A stretch of DNA of 64,000 nt, taken from positions 1,878 to 65,877 of the forward strand of contig DATCHE010000087.1 of assembly GCA_036508535.1 (NCBI GenBank), read 5' to 3'. The stretch's first letter is position 1, and every line of letters begins with the position of its first letter. The position numbers and the translations under genes are program-made. Origin of the DNA: Bacteroidales bacterium. Its GTDB lineage: Bacteria > Bacteroidota > Bacteroidia > Bacteroidales > VadinHA17. The notes beneath the pieces were generated by a model. That model did not search any database. It was not told the origin of the DNA and saw only the letters and a program-made list of their open reading frames with translations. Below are positions 60,907 to 64,000 of the stretch, in pieces.

Positions 60907-62490
60907 ATGGCAAATATTAAACCGGCAGAAGTCTCAAAGATTCTAAGACAACAACTTGAAGGAATTCAGATGGGAGTTGATCTGGAGGAGGTAGGAAACG
61001 TTCTTCAGGTTGGTGACGGAATAGCACGTATTTATGGACTCTCAAATGCACAGTCGAACGAGTTGATAGAATTTGAAAATGGAATAGAAGCTATTGTTCT
61101 CAACCTTGAAGAAGATAATATCGGAGCAGTGCTACTCGGTCCGACTGAAGAGATAAATGAGGGGGACATTGTTAAAAGAACCGGTCGTATTGCTTCCCTT
61201 GGGGTAGGTGAAGGATTACTCGGAAGAGTCATCACACCAACCGGACAACCAATTGATGGCAAGGGCCCGATAACCGGAGAACTGTTTAACCTTCCATTTG
61301 AAAGAAAAGCCCCGGGTGTTATATTCCGCCAACCGGTTCGTCAGCCACTTCAGACAGGTATAAAAGCTATCGATGCTATGATCCCGATTGGCCGCGGACA
61401 AAGAGAGCTTATAATCGGTGACAGGCAAACAGGAAAAACAGCTATCGCTATTGATACTATTATTAATCAGCGGAGTAATTTTGAAAAAGGAAAGCCGGTT
61501 TATTGCATTTATGTCGCTATTGGCCAAAAAGGCTCAACAGTTGCAAATATAGCCGCAATACTTGAAGAGCATGGCGCTCTTGAATATACAGTTATAGTTC
61601 TGGCAACTGCATCTGATCCTGCTGCATTGCAGTTCTATGCTCCTTTTGCCGGGGCTGCAATTGGTGAATTTTTCCGCGATACGGGCCGCGATGCTCTTAT
61701 TATTTACGATGATCTTTCAAAACAGGCGGTCTCATATAGGGAGGTGTCACTTTTATTGCGTCGCCCACCAGGACGCGAGGCTTACCCTGGTGATGTTTTC
61801 TACTTGCACTCAAGACTTCTTGAAAGAGCTGCTAAAATCATTGAATCAGATGAGGTTGCACAAAAAATGAACGATCTTCCTGAATCAATTCGTCATCTCG
61901 TGAAAGGAGGGGGATCACTTACTGCTCTTCCTATAATAGAAACACAGGCAGGTGATGTATCTGCATATATTCCTACAAACGTGATCTCCATCACCGACGG
62001 GCAGATATTCCTCGAATCAAGTCTTTTTAACTCTGGAGTACGACCCGCAATAAATGTAGGTATCTCCGTATCGAGGGTGGGAGGAAATGCACAGATTAAG
62101 GCAATGAAGAAAATCGCCGGTACTCTCAAGGTTGATCAGGCCCAATATCGTGAACTGGAAGCTTTCTCCAAGTTTGGTTCCGATCTCGACGCCACTACCA
62201 TGGCTATCCTGAATAAAGGAGCTAAAAACGTTCAGATACTAAAACAAGGACAGTATGCTCCGGTTCCTGTAGAAAAACAGGTAGCAATAATTTATTGTGG
62301 TACCATGGGGCTTTTAAAGGATGTTCCGGTTAATAAAGTGAAGAATTTTGAGAGTGATTTTCTTGAATTTCTTGAACTTAAACATAGAAATATTCTTGAC
62401 AACCTTCGTGATGGAATCCTTAATAGTGATGTTACAGATGTGCTTGAAAAAGTCGCTGCAGAATTGGCTCTGAAATATAAACCGCAGTAA
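60907..62490 (+). CDS. atpA: F0F1 ATP synthase subunit alpha
   Basis: 527 aa. Walker A motif [14 protein letters not shown]. Confidence 0.97.
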   Translation: MANIKPAEVSKILRQQLEGIQMGVDLEEVGNVLQVGDGIARIYGLSNAQSNELIEFENGIEAIVLNLEEDNIGAVLLGPTEEINEGDIVKRTGRIASLGVGEGLLGRVITPTGQPIDGKGPITGELFNLPFERKAPGVIFRQPVRQPLQTGIKAIDAMIPIGRGQRELIIGDRQTGKTAIAIDTIINQRSNFEKGKPVYCIYVAIGQKGSTVANIAAILEEHGALEYTVIVLATASDPAALQFYAPFAGAAIGEFFRDTGRDALIIYDDLSKQAVSYREVSLLLRRPPGREAYPGDVFYLHSRLLERAAKIIESDEVAQKMNDLPESIRHLVKGGGSLTALPIIETQAGDVSAYIPTNVISITDGQIFLESSLFNSGVRPAINVGISVSRVGGNAQIKAMKKIAGTLKVDQAQYRELEAFSKFGSDLDATTMAILNKGAKNVQILKQGQYAPVPVEKQVAIIYCGTMGLLKDVPVNKVKNFESDFLEFLELKHRNILDNLRDGILNSDVTDVLEKVAAELALKYKPQ

Positions 62491-62518
62491 TCAGGATTAT
62501 CTGAAAAACGAATTCTAA

Positions 62519-63400
62519 ATGGCGAATTTAAAAGCAATAAGAATAAGAATCACATCTGTCAAGTCAACCAGACAGATCACCTCAGCTATGAAGATGGTGT
62601 CTGCTGCGAAATTGCGAAAAGCTCAGGATAAAATTGTGAGGCTGAGACCATATGCAAACAAATTACACGAAATCCTGGTTGGTCTTACACAAAGTCTTGC
62701 AGATTCAGAATTAGATAATGTTTATGGCAGAGTTTCTTCTCCTGAAAAGGTTCTGGTAGTTGTAGTAACCTCTAATAGAGGTCTTTGTGGAGCGTTTAAT
62801 ACAAATGTTATTAAAGAGGCAAGGAAGGTTATCTCGGAAAAGTATTCTGATCAGTATAATAAGGGTAATCTGACGCTACTGCCGATCGGGAAAAAAGGGT
62901 TTGATTATTTCAGAAAGCAAAAAGTAAATATGCTTCCAGATCAGAATATTCTCCTTCACGATCTTTCCTTTGAGAATGTTGCACGTGTGGCCGAGCAGGT
63001 TATGAGTAGTTTTACTTCAGGAGAATTCGACAGGGTGGATCTTATTTACAATCAGTTTAAGAATGCGGCGATACAAAATCTTACAAATGAGATATTTCTT
63101 CCTGTTGAATCTGTTCCTGCAGGAAAAGTAAAAACTAATCCGGTTGACTACATTTATGAACCTAATAGAGAGGATATTGTTAAAGAACTTATTCCGAAAT
63201 CCTTAAAGATTCAATTTTACAAAGCTGTTCTCGATTCGTTTGTAGCTGAACATGGCGCCAGGATGACAGCAATGCATAAAGCAACAGATAACGCAACCAG
63301 TATGATCAGAGACCTGACACTTCAATACAATAAAGCCCGCCAGGCAACAATTACAAATCAGATACTCGAAGTTGTTAGCGGAGCGGAAGCTCTTAGATGA
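62519..63400 (+). CDS. atpG: F0F1 ATP synthase subunit gamma
   Basis: 293 aa. N-terminus MANLKAIRIRITSVKSTRQITSAMKMVSAAKLRKAQ and C-terminus ITNQILEVVSGAEAL. Confidence 0.92.
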   Translation: MANLKAIRIRITSVKSTRQITSAMKMVSAAKLRKAQDKIVRLRPYANKLHEILVGLTQSLADSELDNVYGRVSSPEKVLVVVVTSNRGLCGAFNTNVIKEARKVISEKYSDQYNKGNLTLLPIGKKGFDYFRKQKVNMLPDQNILLHDLSFENVARVAEQVMSSFTSGEFDRVDLIYNQFKNAAIQNLTNEIFLPVESVPAGKVKTNPVDYIYEPNREDIVKELIPKSLKIQFYKAVLDSFVAEHGARMTAMHKATDNATSMIRDLTLQYNKARQATITNQILEVVSGAEALR

Positions 63401-63436
63401 TAAAGTAATTGATTATCAGGCTTGTAAAATTATATA

Positions 63437-64000
63437 ATGTACAATCAGGCAGAACTTAAAAATTTAGTCGAAAAGGCTATAATAAATATTTCGTATAATC
63501 CGGAAGCGGAGAATCTTATTAATCCGGTAAAATATATACTTTCGATCGGAGGGAAGCGGTTGCGACCTGTATTGACCCTCATGGCCTGCAATATCTTTAA
63601 CGACAAGATTGATGAAGCAATAATGCCGGCTACCGGGATAGAGGTATTTCATAATTTCACTCTTGTTCATGATGATATAATGGACCAGGCTTCCGTAAGA
63701 AGAAATTTTCCTACAGTTCACAGTAAGTGGAATACAAACCAGGCTGTTCTTTCCGGTGATGTAATGGCCTTTATATCCAATGATTGTTTTTTACAAACTC
63801 CGGCATGGTGTATGTCAAAAGTATTCAGGACTTACAATAAGGCAGCAATTGAAGTTTGCGTAGGACAACAGCTGGATATTGACTTTGAAAAGTCAGCCTT
63901 TGTATCTATTGAAGAATATATAAAGATGATTGAGCTGAAAACGGCTGTTTTGATGGCTGCATCAGTTAAAATAGGCGCAATTATAGGAGGTGCAAATGAC
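63437..64000 (+). CDS. Short-chain polyprenyl (FPP/GGPP-type) diphosphate synthase, N-terminal 188 codons; continues beyond the window
   Basis: Not in the ORF track because there is no stop before the window end. My translation from the ATG at 63437 is MYNQAELKNL...LSIGGKRLRPVL...FTLVHDDIMDQASVRR...GQQLDIDF. It contains the first Asp-rich motif and has no in-frame stop through 64000. Confidence 0.8.
   Translation, partial: MYNQAELKNLVEKAIINISYNPEAENLINPVKYILSIGGKRLRPVLTLMACNIFNDKIDEAIMPATGIEVFHNFTLVHDDIMDQASVRRNFPTVHSKWNTNQAVLSGDVMAFISNDCFLQTPAWCMSKVFRTYNKAAIEVCVGQQLDIDFEKSAFVSIEEYIKMIELKTAVLMAASVKIGAIIGGAND

Noticed and set aside
63464-63721. 85-aa minus-strand ORF from the track
   Set aside because: It is antisense to an unlisted plus-strand polyprenyl synthase reading frame (63437 to the window end). 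That frame contains GGKRLRP and LVHDDIMD and has no stop.

Overview
This is a 64 kb, AT-rich, densely coding stretch with about 66 CDS on both strands. It reads as ordinary core chromosome of a Bacteroidota bacterium. That assignment rests on internal evidence only: TAnnTTTG -7 promoter boxes 16-31 nt upstream of many start codons, a DUF4271-hemD pair, a bactofilin-atpZ-x-atpBEFHAG operon without atpDC, and a yceD-rpmF-plsX-fabH cluster. All functional calls come from reading the supplied translations for family motifs from memory. No BLAST, HMM, folding or GC computation was run.

Main blocks:
- 6.0-19.2 kb is an aerobic-respiration island. A complete alternative complex III (actA-B-C-D-F-E) converges on a caa3-type cytochrome c oxidase operon (SCO, coxI, coxIII, coxIV, coxII with fused cytochrome c, ctaB).
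- Housekeeping genes include polA, queD, moaDE, rnpA, hemD, deoC, mntP, a PPi-type pfk, rsgA, selU, pepE, a moeB-like gene, yidD and two polyprenyl synthases.
- Signalling genes are a 944-aa hybrid kinase, an orphan histidine kinase, and a LytS/LytTR pair preceded by two LiaF/LiaI-like membrane proteins.
- The F-type ATP synthase operon lies at 57.4-63.4 kb.

Two CDS are missing from the ORF track because they run off the window: a YwbE-like gene (1-125, minus strand) and a short-chain polyprenyl synthase (63437-64000, plus strand). Many track ORFs are over-extended at TTG/GTG codons, and revised starts are given.

I saw no rRNA, tRNA, CRISPR array, transposase, integrase, phage gene or recognisable defence gene. 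I therefore cannot honestly nominate a clear new multi-gene system.

The items most worth a second look:
- The hybrid kinase has Phe in place of its phospho-acceptor His, yet keeps an intact receiver.
- A GH16-like protein has no signal peptide, reads HIDICR in place of the ExDxxE catalytic motif, and carries three novel N-terminal repeats.
- A dispersed family of C-run/G-run hairpin elements brackets polA as direct composite repeats.
- A 105-bp nested inverted repeat at 50506-50610 has mutually exclusive pairings.
- The LiaF-like/LytS/LytTR module has His-rich N-termini on both membrane proteins.
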